DNA of 64,000 nucleotides from an uncultured delta proteobacterium (GCA_963776345.1 CAVZMH010000016.1:1-64000); one strand, 5' to 3'; positions 40,637-51,263 are shown, counted from the first letter of the stretch. Numbers and translations are program-made. Notes: a model not told the origin generated them from the letters alone.

Positions 40637-41455
40637 CTACCGCGCGACGGTGCGCCGGGCCGACTCGATCTGCGGCAGCAGGATGTCCCGGACGTAGTGC
40701 CAGCCGGGGACCAGCGCCAGCGCCTTCCGGGCATGGGCCTCCGCCAGCGCCAGGTCCGGGACCCGGCGGTTGAGGGACGACCAGGCCAGGCTCATCTCGA
40801 GCTCCGGCTCACCCCACGCGGGCCGGAGCGAGCCTGGCGCGGGCCGGCGGGCGCGGCGGAGCGCCTCGAGCCCCCGGGTGTAGGTGGCGATGGCCTTCGC
40901 CTGCTGCGCGTCGACCTTGTCCGGAGGGCTCCCCGGAGGCGCCCACCACTCCGTCGGCCCCCGCACCCAGAGCAGCCGCGGGTTCTCGGACTCGAGCGCC
41001 TCCGCCTCTGCCAGGAGCGCCCGGACCCGCGGGACGAGGGCGCGGACCTCCTCGTCCTGCCATCCACGAAGGAACATCCTCATCCCGAGGCAGGACGCCA
41101 GCCCGGCCTGGGCGTCGACGAACCTCGGGTCGTGCTTCAACGCCGCCTCGAACTCGGCGCCGGCCTCCTCCAGGTCCGTCTCGAGATCGCCGGGCGCCGG
41201 AGTCTCGTTGAATCCGTTGATCGCCCTCCTCCACAGCGCGAACCCGCGCCAGTAGCGCACCTCGGCGGCGTGGGACGGCTCCTCGGGCCGGGCGGCCAGC
41301 TCGGCATGGAGACGCCGGAGCGCCGGGCGATCGCCGGCGTAGTCCGCCTGCCGGATGCGCCGGACCAGCTCCGGCGTGGAGGTGGCCGCGGAGGTCGGCC
41401 CCTCGGCGAGGAGGGAGGAGACGAGAAGGATCAGCAGATGGGGTGCGAGTCTCAT
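40637..41455 (-). CDS. Secreted TPR-like helical protein
   Basis: Signal peptide; helical repeats (AALKHDP, KALALVPGW). Confidence 0.65.
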   Translation of the reverse strand: MRLAPHLLILLVSSLLAEGPTSAATSTPELVRRIRQADYAGDRPALRRLHAELAARPEEPSHAAEVRYWRGFALWRRAINGFNETPAPGDLETDLEEAGAEFEAALKHDPRFVDAQAGLASCLGMRMFLRGWQDEEVRALVPRVRALLAEAEALESENPRLLWVRGPTEWWAPPGSPPDKVDAQQAKAIATYTRGLEALRRARRPAPGSLRPAWGEPELEMSLAWSSLNRRVPDLALAEAHARKALALVPGWHYVRDILLPQIESARRTVAR

Positions 41456-41521
41456 GCGCGCCAGAGGGTAGGCCGCGGCCTGCCCGGCTCAAGCGCGTCC
41501 GGCGGCCGGCACCGTGCGCCC

Positions 41522-41551
41522 GCGAACGGCGTCCGGGTCCGGCGAACGGCG
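41522..41551 (-). promoter_or_regulatory. Candidate LytTR direct-repeat site (CGCCGTTCGC x2 on minus strand)
   Basis: gcgaacggcg at 41522 and 41542, upstream of the TPR gene. Confidence 0.55.
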
Positions 41552-41559
41552 ATGGACGC

Positions 41560-42309
41560 TCAGCGCCCCAGCACCCGGAGCGCCCGGGAGCGCTGTCTGC
41601 TGGCGAAGAGGCGGAACCCGCTCCGGAGCGAGATCTCCAGCCGTGAGTCGTCGAAGGGCAGCAGCGAGACCACGTGGTCCAGGTTCACGATGTGGGAGCG
41701 GTGGACCCGCAGGAACCTGCGTCCATCGAGGCGCAGCTCGAGCTCCGACAGGGGAACGTTCAGCCGGAGCACCCGGCCGTCGACGTGGACCAGCACCGAA
41801 TCGTCCGCCGCCTGGAAGCGCTCCACCTGCGCCAGGACGACGGGGACGATCCGGCCGCCATCCCGCGCGAACACCCGCTCCAGCGGCCCCTCTGGCAGGA
41901 CCCCGCGCGCCCGCTCGGCCGGCCCGGGCGTCCCCCGTGCGAGGAGCAACGGGCGGAGCCGCTCCATCGCCCGGCCGAAGCGCTCCCGACCGAAGGGCTT
42001 GAGCAGGTAGTCCAGGGCGCCCAGCTCGAAGGCGCTGACCGCGAACCGGTCGAAGGCGGTGGTGAAGACCACGGCGGGCTCGTGGCTCACCCGGGACAGC
42101 ACCTCGAGCCCGCTTCCGCCAGGCAGCTGGACGTCGAGGAAGACCAGGTCCGGCCTCAGGGCGTCGATCGCCTCGACGGCCTCGACGCAGCCGATCGCCT
42201 CGCCGATGGGAACGAGCCAGGGCACCTCGCGCATCAGCTCGGCCAGCCTGGAACGGGCCGGCAGCTCGTCCTCGACCACCAGCGCCCGCACCGCCAGCTC
42301 GGCGCTCAC
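41560..42309 (-). CDS. LytTR family response regulator
   Basis: VVEDE, LVFLDVQLP, DYLLKPF, FLRVHRSHIVNL. Confidence 0.93.
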   Translation of the reverse strand: MSAELAVRALVVEDELPARSRLAELMREVPWLVPIGEAIGCVEAVEAIDALRPDLVFLDVQLPGGSGLEVLSRVSHEPAVVFTTAFDRFAVSAFELGALDYLLKPFGRERFGRAMERLRPLLLARGTPGPAERARGVLPEGPLERVFARDGGRIVPVVLAQVERFQAADDSVLVHVDGRVLRLNVPLSELELRLDGRRFLRVHRSHIVNLDHVVSLLPFDDSRLEISLRSGFRLFASRQRSRALRVLGR

Positions 42310-43346
42310 CGCGCGGCTCCGGCCCGGGGTGCTCCGCCGATCGGGAGACGGACGGTCACGGTGAATCCAGCCGGGCCGCGTTCCGAGACCAGCGACGCCC
42401 GCTCTCCATAGAGCGCCGCCAGGCGGCGACGGACGGTGCCCACGCCGAGTCCGAGAGAGGAGGCTCCGCCCTCGCCCTGCCCATCGTCGGCCACGCTGAG
42501 CAGGAGATCCCCGCCGTCGACCCGGGCGCACAGCGCGATGCGCCCGCCCTCGGGCCGGCTGGAGATGCCGTGGCGAACTGCGTTCTCCACCAGGGGCTGG
42601 AGGATGAGCGACGGCACGAGCACCACGTCGGCGGCCTCGTCGCGCTCCAGCTGTACCGTCAGCCTGGGCCCCAGCCGGAGCTGCTCGAAGGCCAGGTAGT
42701 CCTGGGTGAAGCCCCACTCCTTCCGGAGAGGGACCTCCTCCTCGGTGGCCAGGGCGTGGCGGAGCAGGTCTCCCAGCCGCTCCAGCGCCCGGTCGGCCTG
42801 GAGCGGGTCGGTGCTCACCAGCGCGCCCACGGAGTGAAGGGCGTTGAAGAGGAAGTGCGGATGGATCTGCGCCCGGAGCGCCGCGAGCTGCGCCTGCTGC
42901 GCGAGGAGCCTGGCCTCGGCGGCGGCCCGCTGCTCCTCGCGGGCCTGTCGCTGGGCCCGGATGGCGTGGGAGAACCCGGCCACCACCAGGTAGAGCGAGG
43001 AGCCGAGGAGCAGATTCCAGAGCACCACCGGCGAGCTCCGGAGCCGTTCCAGGGCGAGCGCGCCGCGGCCGGCGAGCACGTCGGGCCACATCCAGGAGGT
43101 CGCGTAGACCACGGCGAAGACCGCCATGGCGATGGCGTGGCTCGCGTAGAACGCGGGGGACCGCCCGTTCCAGTCCAGCCGGCCGGTGAGCCTCCAGACG
43201 CCGACCCCGAGCACCGCGGCCGGGGCCATGGTGAGCAGCCCGTGGCCCGCCAGCTCCCAGGGCGGACGCCCGGTGGTGGAGGCCCCGGCCAGGGTCCAGA
43301 GCAAGCCGGCGAGGAGCCAGCCGACGGCGTAGGCGATCCATCCCAT
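42306..43346 (-). CDS. LytS/YehU family sensor histidine kinase
   Basis: LRAQIHPHFLFNAL, LQPLVENAVRHG, 4 N-terminal TM. Confidence 0.93.
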   Translation of the reverse strand: MGWIAYAVGWLLAGLLWTLAGASTTGRPPWELAGHGLLTMAPAAVLGVGVWRLTGRLDWNGRSPAFYASHAIAMAVFAVVYATSWMWPDVLAGRGALALERLRSSPVVLWNLLLGSSLYLVVAGFSHAIRAQRQAREEQRAAAEARLLAQQAQLAALRAQIHPHFLFNALHSVGALVSTDPLQADRALERLGDLLRHALATEEEVPLRKEWGFTQDYLAFEQLRLGPRLTVQLERDEAADVVLVPSLILQPLVENAVRHGISSRPEGGRIALCARVDGGDLLLSVADDGQGEGGASSLGLGVGTVRRRLAALYGERASLVSERGPAGFTVTVRLPIGGAPRAGAAR

Positions 43347-43399
43347 CCGGTGCCCGAGTCTGGCACGGAGCGAGGAGGCCGGAGGAGGGACGGCCCGGC

Positions 43400-43435
43400 T
43401 GGCGCCCGTTCACCGCTCGTGGCGACCGTTCACCG
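43400..43435 (+). promoter_or_regulatory. Candidate LytTR direct-repeat site (TGGCGmCCGTTCACCG x2)
   Basis: 16-bp repeat with 1 mismatch at 43400 and 43420. Confidence 0.55.
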
Positions 43436-43458
43436 GTGGAGCGGCGCCCGGGACGGCC

Positions 43459-45894
43459 TCACTCGGCCCGGAGCGCGAGCATCGGATCGACCCGCGTGGC
43501 CTGGCGGGCCGGAAGCGCGCAGGCGCCGAGGCTGATGCCCAGGAGCAGGACCGCCACCGCCCCGTAGGTCAGCGGATCCAACGGCCCCACCCCGAAGAGC
43601 AGACTCTGCCCGAGCCGGCCGAGGGCCAGCGCCGTGGCGAGCCCGAGGCACAGGCCGCCGAGCACCAGCGCCATCCCCTGCCCCAGCACCATGCGCAGGA
43701 CGGTCCCGGGCGCGGCCCCCAGCGCCAGGCGGACGCCGATCTCCCGCGTGCGCTGGCTCACGCTGTAGGCCACCACCCCGATGAGCCCCGAGGCGGTGAT
43801 GGCCAGCGCCAGCGCGGCGAACAGCCCGAGCAGGGACGCCACCAGACGGTGCGGGGCGAGCGCCTGCGCCCGCTGCTCGGCGAGCGGCTCCACCTCGGTG
43901 ATGGGCTGCTGCGGATCGAGCTCGTGCACCGCATCGCGGATCTGCCGCGTGACGCTCGCCGGACCCGCCTGGCTGCGGACGAAGACCCGCAGGTCGTTGA
44001 ACCCGGTCTCGGCGAACGCGCCGATGACCTCGTCCATCACCGGGGTGGTCAGGTCCTGTTGCTTGGTGTCCCCCACCACGCCGACGATGGTCACCCACTG
44101 CTTGCCGCCGTCGAAGGAGATCCGCCGGCCGATCGGGTCCTCGGCGGCGAAGCGATGACGGGCCAGCGACTGGTTCACCACCACCACCGGGTTGTCGACG
44201 TTCCGGTCGGTGTCGGTGAAGCTCCGGCCGCGCACCAGCGGGATGCCGAGCGTCCGGAAGTACTCGGGAGAGGCGGAGTCGAACGTCGCCTGCGGCGCCG
44301 GCTGCCGCTCGTCGACCGCCTGGCCCTCGACCACGTAGGTCGTGCTGAAGGGGATCGTCCCGCGGAGGGGCAAGGCGTTCGCCACGCCGACGGAGACCGT
44401 CCCCGGTGCGGCGCTGAGCCGCTCGATGAGGCGATCCACCAGCGACCGCGTCTTCGACTGGTCACCCCCGCCGTAGCGGGTGAAGTCCAGGGACACCCGG
44501 GCGGTCTGCACGCGCTCCACGTCGATGCCCGCATCCACCTGCGACAGCTCGTGCAGGCTCCGGAGGAACAGTCCGGCGCCGATCAGGAGAGCGGAGGAGA
44601 TCGCGACCTGTGCCACCACCAGGGCGCTCCGGGCGCGGCGGCTCGCGGGGCGGGCGCCGGCGCCTCCGGCGTCCTTCAGCTCGCCCGAGAGGTCGCGGGC
44701 GCGGCGGAGGGCCGGGAGCGCTCCCACCAGCACCCCGGTGGCCACCGAGACCAGGAGGTTGAAGGCGAGCACCGCGCCGTCGAGCCGGACCTCGACCGCC
44801 CGGGTGCTCAGCCGCGCGGCGAAGGCCACCAGCAGATCGAGGCTGGCCGCTGCCAGCCCCAGGCCGAGCAGTCCACCCAGCACCGCCAGGGTCACGCTCT
44901 CCGACAGGAGATGCCCCAGCATGCGCGCGCGGGAGGCGCCCAGCGCGGTGCGGACGGCGAGCTCGCGTTCGCGCCGCTGGATCCGCGCCAGGGTGAGGTT
45001 GGCCACGTTGGAGCAGACGATGAGCAGGAGGAAGCCCGCCGCCGCCAGGAGGAGCAGGAGCGTGGGCCGGGCATTGGCGGTGAGCTCGTCCCGGAGCGAC
45101 AGCACATCGAGCGTGAGCCCCTGGCCGCGCGGGTAGTCGGCGGGCTGGTCCTGTTGCCAGGACCCGGAGAGGCTCGCCAGCTCGACCCGTGCCGCCCGGA
45201 GGTCCGCGCCGGGCTTCAGCCGACCGAAGACGGTGAGTCCGCGCGCGGTCCGAGTCTGATCCCAGGCGGTGGCCCGCCGGAACGGGCAGGAGTCGGTGGG
45301 CATGTAGACGTCGTTCTCTGCGGGGTACTGGGGGATGTTGGGCAGGACCCCGACGACCGTGTGGACCCGGTCGTTCATGGTGAAGGCGCGGCCGACGACA
45401 TGCGGGTCTCCGCCGAGGTGCTTCTGCCAGTATCCGTAGCTGAGGAGCAGCACCGGTGGCGCCCCCGGCAGGTCCTCGCCCGCCTCGAAGAGCCGACCGA
45501 GCAGGGGACGCACGCCCAGGGTCTGGAAGAAGCCGGCGGAGACCACGCCGGTCTGCACCCGCTCGGGGTCGGAGCCGCCGAGGATGACGAAGGACATCGA
45601 GTGGTACTCGACCACCTCCGTGACGGTGGCCGCCCGGGCGCGGAGCTCGCGGACCTCGATGGGGGAGAGACCGACGTTCTTCACCCCGGAGAGCCGGGCC
45701 GGCTGCGTGACGTGAACCAGCCTCTCTCCGTCCTGGTACGGCAGCGGCCGGAGCAGCACGCCGTGGATGACGCTGAAGATGGCGGTGCTCGCCCCGATGC
45801 CGAGCGCAAGCGTCACCAGGACCGCGAAGGTGAATGCCGGAGCCCGGGAGAGTGCGCGGGCGGCCAGCCGGAGGTCCTGGAGGAGCTCGTGCAT
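43459..45894 (-). CDS. ADOP-type duplicated MacB/FtsX ABC permease
   Basis: QDLRLAARAL..P.F...TLALGIGA.TAIFS, RTREIGVRLALGA, VDPMLALRAE. Confidence 0.92.
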   Translation of the reverse strand: MHELLQDLRLAARALSRAPAFTFAVLVTLALGIGASTAIFSVIHGVLLRPLPYQDGERLVHVTQPARLSGVKNVGLSPIEVRELRARAATVTEVVEYHSMSFVILGGSDPERVQTGVVSAGFFQTLGVRPLLGRLFEAGEDLPGAPPVLLLSYGYWQKHLGGDPHVVGRAFTMNDRVHTVVGVLPNIPQYPAENDVYMPTDSCPFRRATAWDQTRTARGLTVFGRLKPGADLRAARVELASLSGSWQQDQPADYPRGQGLTLDVLSLRDELTANARPTLLLLLAAAGFLLLIVCSNVANLTLARIQRRERELAVRTALGASRARMLGHLLSESVTLAVLGGLLGLGLAAASLDLLVAFAARLSTRAVEVRLDGAVLAFNLLVSVATGVLVGALPALRRARDLSGELKDAGGAGARPASRRARSALVVAQVAISSALLIGAGLFLRSLHELSQVDAGIDVERVQTARVSLDFTRYGGGDQSKTRSLVDRLIERLSAAPGTVSVGVANALPLRGTIPFSTTYVVEGQAVDERQPAPQATFDSASPEYFRTLGIPLVRGRSFTDTDRNVDNPVVVVNQSLARHRFAAEDPIGRRISFDGGKQWVTIVGVVGDTKQQDLTTPVMDEVIGAFAETGFNDLRVFVRSQAGPASVTRQIRDAVHELDPQQPITEVEPLAEQRAQALAPHRLVASLLGLFAALALAITASGLIGVVAYSVSQRTREIGVRLALGAAPGTVLRMVLGQGMALVLGGLCLGLATALALGRLGQSLLFGVGPLDPLTYGAVAVLLLGISLGACALPARQATRVDPMLALRAE

Positions 45895-46060
45895 GTGTGT
45901 CCTCCTCAGCGTCGGAGACCCGCCGGCGAGGAGCAACTCACGTGCCCGGGGTGAAGCGGGCCCCGGCTGCGGCAAACGGCGCTCCGGCGGCCCGGGACGT
46001 TCCGGAAACGGGACACGCCGTACCGCTTCCGGTGAGCGCCCCTCGCCCGGGAGCCCGCGC

Positions 46061-46504
46061 TCAGGAGCCGAGGAGGCGGGACAGACGCCGGTGCAGCTCG
46101 ATCAGCTCTCCCTCGTGCTGCAGCAGCAGGGCGATGGTGTCCGGGTCGTCTCGCTCGCGGAGCTCGCGCTCGAGTGCCGCCAGCCGGTCCTGGAGGTCCC
46201 CCGCGCGCTCCGGCGCGATGACCTTCGAGTGGGCGCGGAGACGGCCCGCGACCTCCCGGTTCCCGGCGAAGCGTCGGACGACGGCCAGGGCCCGCTCCAC
46301 CACGTCCTGGGAGAGCTCGGCGGAGGCCAGGGCCAGCCGGTGCGCCGAGGCCATCGCCGCCGGGCTCCAGCCTTGCCCCAGCTCCTCGAGCAGCGTGCGC
46401 TGGTACCGGAACAGCCGCTCCAGCAGCGAGGCGTCGATGCGGTAGGCGGCGAAGGACAGGGTCCGGGAGTCGCCCCCGGACAGGCCGTTGCCGGAACGCT
46501 TCAT
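46061..46504 (-). CDS. Hypothetical helical protein
   Basis: ATG overlaps the TGA of the VWA gene; GC3-biased. Confidence 0.65.
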   Translation of the reverse strand: MKRSGNGLSGGDSRTLSFAAYRIDASLLERLFRYQRTLLEELGQGWSPAAMASAHRLALASAELSQDVVERALAVVRRFAGNREVAGRLRAHSKVIAPERAGDLQDRLAALERELRERDDPDTIALLLQHEGELIELHRRLSRLLGS

Positions 46505-47910
46505 CAGCGGGCCCCCACGGGCACCAGCTGGTCGGCCAGGCGGTCGAGGTCGGAGAGGGATTGCACGACCACCACCTGGTCGCACACCCGGGCGTAGAGG
46601 TCCATCTCGCTGTCGCCCACGCCCCAGGCCCTGCGCTCCTCCGGGCAGATCCACACCAGCCGCCGCGCCTTGCGGCGGATCTCCTGGAGCGCCCAGACGT
46701 TGGGTGGGTTCTGGTTGTTCCGCCCGTCGCCGATGACCAGCACGGTGGTCCGGCGGGTCACGGCCGGGAGCTCCCGCCGGACGAAGCTGGCCAGCGCGTG
46801 CCCGTAGTTGGAGTTGGACTGGAGCGAGACCGCCTTGCCGGTCACCGCGAGGTCCAGGGCGCGTTCGGGCTCGAGGGTCCGGAACAGCTCGGTGACCTCG
46901 CCCAGATCGGAGACGAAGACGAAGCTGCGCACCCGGGCGAAGAGCGACTGCAGGGTGTGGGTGAAGAGCAGCATCAGCCGGCTCACGTTGCGCACCGACT
47001 CGGAGACGTCGCACAGCACCACCACGTCGGGGCGATGGGCCCGCCGCGCGCGGAACACCGGGACCATCGGCATGCCCCCCCAGGACATGTTGCGGCGCAA
47101 CGTCCGCCGGACGTTGAGCGTTCCCTTGCGGCGGCTCCGCTCCCTGCGGACGAGGCGGGTCTTCAGCCGCTCGGCGAGGCGGCGCACCGCGTGCTGGACC
47201 TGGGTCAGCTCGGCCTGGCTGAGGGTGGCGAAGCTCCGGTCGGCCAGCGCGCCCGAGGTGCCGCGCAGCCGGGCCCGGGCCTGCCGCTCGACCTCGCGGC
47301 GGGCGTCGGCCTCGAGCCCCCGGAACAGGTCCGACAGCCGCCGGCTCACCCACTCGAAGCCCTCGGTGGAGAGGCCCCGCCGCCGGAGCTCGGCCTCGAT
47401 GGCCCCGATGTCGGTCCGAAGCCCGTCCCCGCCTGCGCCCGCGAGGAGCCGCCGCGCGTAGAAGCCGGCCTGGAGCGGGCTCTGGAGCCGCGAGAAGTCG
47501 AGCTGGAGCGTCGCGCCCCGGAAGAGCTGGGCCAGCCGGGCCCGGTCGCCCCGGAGGGCCGCCTGGGTGAGCGGTGACATCTCGCCCAGCAGCCGCCCGA
47601 GCGTGGCCAGGGTCATGGTCCGCTCGTCGCCCTCGAGCGCGCCGGTGGCCGCCAGCTCGTCGAGGAGCGACTGCTCCACCCCCTCGAGCAGCGAGACGGC
47701 CCCGGAGAAGAAGAGGTCGAAGACCCGGTCGAACGGGCCCCGGTCCGCCGCCCGCTTCACCATCGTCGTCCGGAGAACGGAACGGAACGCCTCCCGGTCG
47801 GCGAGGTCGACCAGGGTGGCGGCGCGCGTTGCATCGAGCAGCTCGGACGTGGCAACCCGGACGCCGTTCTGGCGCAGCACCTCGGCGAACTCGACGATCC
47901 GGGCTTCCAT
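46504..47910 (-). CDS. VWA domain protein, CoxE-like
   Basis: F...LRQNGV.V...E..DA, LCDVSES MIDAS, SNYGHAL, IGDGRNN, WG.GDSEM. Confidence 0.88.
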   Translation of the reverse strand: MEARIVEFAEVLRQNGVRVATSELLDATRAATLVDLADREAFRSVLRTTMVKRAADRGPFDRVFDLFFSGAVSLLEGVEQSLLDELAATGALEGDERTMTLATLGRLLGEMSPLTQAALRGDRARLAQLFRGATLQLDFSRLQSPLQAGFYARRLLAGAGGDGLRTDIGAIEAELRRRGLSTEGFEWVSRRLSDLFRGLEADARREVERQARARLRGTSGALADRSFATLSQAELTQVQHAVRRLAERLKTRLVRRERSRRKGTLNVRRTLRRNMSWGGMPMVPVFRARRAHRPDVVVLCDVSESVRNVSRLMLLFTHTLQSLFARVRSFVFVSDLGEVTELFRTLEPERALDLAVTGKAVSLQSNSNYGHALASFVRRELPAVTRRTTVLVIGDGRNNQNPPNVWALQEIRRKARRLVWICPEERRAWGVGDSEMDLYARVCDQVVVVQSLSDLDRLADQLVPVGAR

Positions 47911-48010
47911 CCGACCCCTGGAGATAACCCAGATGGCCCTGCTTCGTGCAGCTGAACTGAGCGGCACTCGGTCCTTGCCCCTCGCGCCGGGCGAGACAGC
48001 ATCGGCGTCG

Positions 48011-49204
48011 ATGCCGGACGGAGCGAGCGGTCGGGCGCAGACACTCCGGCGGGCCACGCTCCTCGTCCTGAGCATCCTCCCGCTGCTGCCCACCCTCCGG
48101 GCGCACGCGGTGGGCGACCTCCCGGTCTACTTCGAGGCGGCGCGCTCCTGGCTCGCCGGCCAGACCCCCTACGCCGAGTTCCGGTTCGAGTACCCGCCCT
48201 ACGCGCTCCTGGCCTTCGCTCCGGCGGCGCTCGTCTCGTCCTCGCTGCCCGAGTTCCAGGTGGCGTTCGGCCTCGAGCTCCTGCTGGTCGACGTGGCCAT
48301 CCGCGCCGCGCTCCTCTGGACGGCTCGCCGCCGCCTCGGGGCCTGGGCCTACGCGCCGTTCCTGGCCTACGCCGCCGTGGCGCAGCTGCAGGCCTTCTGG
48401 CTCTACAAGCGCTTCGACCTCATCCCTGCCGCGCTGACCCTGGCCGCGGTCCTCGCCCTCTCACGCGGGGCTGCGGGCCTCGCCGGAGCGGCGCTCGTCG
48501 CCGGCATCGGGACGAAGGTCTACCCGGTGGTGCTCCTCCCGCTGGCCCTCGTCCACACGCTCCGGCAGGGGACGCTCCGGCGGTTCCTCGGAGGAGCGGC
48601 GCTCGCCGCGGCCCCCCTGGCGGCCCTCGCCGTGAGCTGGCCGCTGCTCCGCGCCGTCGGGTTCCACTCTGCGCGCGGGCTCCAGGTCGAGTCGCTCTGG
48701 GCCTCGGTGCTCTGGCTGTTCCGGGACTGGAGCGGCGTCCGCTGGGTGCACGCCCCGGCCTCGTACGAGGTGCAGGGAGGCCTCGCGCCCGCGGTGCTCC
48801 CCATGGCCGTCGCGGTGTGGACGCTGGGCACGGCCGCGGCGGTGCTCCTGTCGCTCAGGCGGGTCGAGGAGCCCGGGCCCGGCGCACTGGCCGAGCGCGC
48901 GCTCCTTCCGCTGCTCGCGCTGGTCGCGCTCGGGCCGGTGTTCAGCCCCCAGTACGTGCTGTGGATCGCCACCCTGGCGGCGCTGCTCGTGGAGCCCGCA
49001 CGGTGGCGGCTGGCGCTCGCGCCACTCGCCGCCGCGCTCCTCACCCGGGTCACCTACCCCGCTCCCGGGTATCAGACCGGCCTCTCGCCGGCCCTCACCG
49101 CCGCCCTGGTCCTGCGGAACCTCCTGCTGGTGACCGGTCTCGGGCTCCTGGTGGCGTCCGCCCGTCGAGGGCTGCCCACCGCCCCCGTTCAGCAGCCGCC
49201 CTGA
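48011..49204 (+). CDS. GT-C glycosyltransferase (GT87/DUF2029-like)
   Basis: PY..FRFEYPP, RFDL.PA, KVYP, RGLQVES, FSPQY..W. Confidence 0.82.
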   Translation: MPDGASGRAQTLRRATLLVLSILPLLPTLRAHAVGDLPVYFEAARSWLAGQTPYAEFRFEYPPYALLAFAPAALVSSSLPEFQVAFGLELLLVDVAIRAALLWTARRRLGAWAYAPFLAYAAVAQLQAFWLYKRFDLIPAALTLAAVLALSRGAAGLAGAALVAGIGTKVYPVVLLPLALVHTLRQGTLRRFLGGAALAAAPLAALAVSWPLLRAVGFHSARGLQVESLWASVLWLFRDWSGVRWVHAPASYEVQGGLAPAVLPMAVAVWTLGTAAAVLLSLRRVEEPGPGALAERALLPLLALVALGPVFSPQYVLWIATLAALLVEPARWRLALAPLAAALLTRVTYPAPGYQTGLSPALTAALVLRNLLLVTGLGLLVASARRGLPTAPVQQPP

Positions 49205-49527
49205 CCCTGGAGCCCGCCCAGCTTCGCCTCGCAGGCCTGGAGCGAGGTGCTCCAGCTCTCCAGTGTGGCTGGACTGCACGTGGGGAGCGCCTGGAGGCAG
49301 CTCGCGAAGTCCTTCAGCTTCTGCTGATCGCTGTCGGTGCACTTCGAGATGGAGCTGCGGCACGCATCGGCGCTGAAGCCGAGCGGCGGCAAGTTCGAGA
49401 AGCACGGCGCTGCCTTGGTGCTGAAATCGCTCGCTGCGGTGGCCAGGGTGTCGCAGACCGAGGTGTTCCCGGAGCTCGAGCCACACGCCACCCAGCCCAG
49501 AGCAAGTGCCACAAGAACACTGCGCAT
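49189..49527 (-). CDS. Small cysteine-rich lipoprotein
   Basis: Lipobox WVAC followed by Ser/Gly linker and multiple Cys; GGAGG RBS. Confidence 0.7.
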   Translation of the reverse strand: MRSVLVALALGWVACGSSSGNTSVCDTLATAASDFSTKAAPCFSNLPPLGFSADACRSSISKCTDSDQQKLKDFASCLQALPTCSPATLESWSTSLQACEAKLGGLQGQGGC

Positions 49528-49698
49528 TTCGATTCCTCCTCCGTCGTCACTCGGAAAGGAAGAACCGGGCACTGCAATGCCAGTGCCCCCGCGGAGACGC
49601 TCGGAGTTGCAGGGCTGCCTCCACCCCTGGTCGCACGCGATGCGCTTCGGAGAGTCACCGGGCGCACAGGATGCAGAGGTGGACAGGCCGAGCTGTCC

Positions 49699-50981
49699 CT
49701 ACGGGGGTGGCTCTGACCCTGGCGACGCCCGCTCGAACGCCGCCAGCGTCTCGGAATGGTGCGTGCCGGGGAACAGGTCCACGAGCTGGACCGCCCGGAG
49801 CCGGAACCCCTCGGCGGTGAGCGCGGCGGCATCCCGGGCGAGCGAGCCGGCATCACAGGCCACGTAGACCAGCCGCCGGACACCCAGCGCGCTCGCCAGC
49901 GGCGCGAGTCGCGGCGCCCCGGTGCGCGGGGGGTCGGCGAGCAGCAGGTCGAACCGGCGCCCCTCCTTCGCCAGCCCCCGGCTCACCTTCTCGGCGTCCC
50001 CCTGGACGAAGCGGACGTTCCCGAGGCGGGCCTCGGTCGACGCGCTCACCGCGAGCCGGACCGAGAGCGCCGAGGACTCCACGGCGAGCACCGACGCCAC
50101 GCGGGCCGCCAGCGCGAAGGTGAAGGTTCCGTTCCCGGCGTACAGCTCGAGCGCGGTGTCCTCCGGCCGCGGCGCGAGCAGGGCCAGGGCGCGTTCCACC
50201 AGGGCGACGGTGCCCTCCGCGTGGGCCTGCGAGAAGGCCTCCGGACGGAGCAGGAGCGGGACCTCCGGGCGGAGCGGGGCCGTGCCGCGCAGGGTGGGCC
50301 GCCCCACGTCCTCGCTCGCGTCCGCGGTCAGGGACCAGCACCACCCCACGCACCCCGGCGCGGACGATGGCCAGGGCCACCTCGCGGGCGCGGGGCTTGA
50401 TGGCGCCGTCCAGCTCCAGCGCCACCGAGACCCGGTCCCCCTCCGCGACCAGCCGCACCGAGCGCAGTCCACGGCCCAGCGGGGCGAGCAGCGGCGCGAG
50501 GCGGCCCGGGAGCGGAGCCAGTGGACCGACCAGGGCCGGACAGGTCTCGACCGCCACGGGCGTGTGGCTCCGGCGATGGAGGTACCCGAGGCTCGTCCCG
50601 GTCCAGTGCAGGTCCGCACGCCGGCGGGTCCCGAGGCCCCCGGCGGAGACCGTGGGCAGCCACTCGACGCCCGAGAGGTCCAGGCCACCGAGTCGCTCCA
50701 GCGCACCCCTCACTGCCCGCTCGCGCTCGTGCCGCTGCGCCGCTGGGTCGAGGTGGAGCCAGTCACAGCCGCCGCAGACGCCCGCGAGGGGACACGCGGG
50801 CGAGATGCGCTCGGCGGCCGGGCGGAGCACCTCGAGCAGCCGGCCCCGCTGCACCTTGCCCTCGACGCCCGGGACGACCCGGACCCGCTCGCCCGGAGAG
50901 CGCGCCGGCGACGAACAGCGCCCGCCCGTTCCAGGCGGCGACGCCCTCCCCTTCCGCGGAGAGGCGATCCACCTCGACCAC
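49699..50981 (-). CDS. RlmD/TrmA-like RNA (uracil-5)-methyltransferase, split by two frameshifts (~50895, ~50330)
   Basis: TRAM N-terminus (GEGVA..GRALFV.GAL), CP..G.CGGC, FSQ, LELYAG.G, DPPRTG, YVAC, DLFP.T.H.E in three successive frames. Confidence 0.82.
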
Positions 50982-51263
50982 GACCGGTGCCTCCTCACGA
51001 GCGACCCCGTGGGCGGCCGGCTCGGTCGGGGCCGTCGAGCCCGCGCGCGGCGGCCGGACGCGGGGACGCCGGATCACCCCGGCGGCTCCCGGGCAGGGTG
51101 CCCCGCCCCACGGGAGAGGGCTCCGAATGGTCAGGAAGGTCACTTGTCTATTCCCCGAGAATAGTCAGGTGCCTTTCCTGCGTAGTCGCCGCCCCGCGAA
51201 AGCCTCGGTCGCACGGCACGGGAGCATCCGCTGGGTGGCTGGCGAGGCCGGCGGAGGGGGAGG

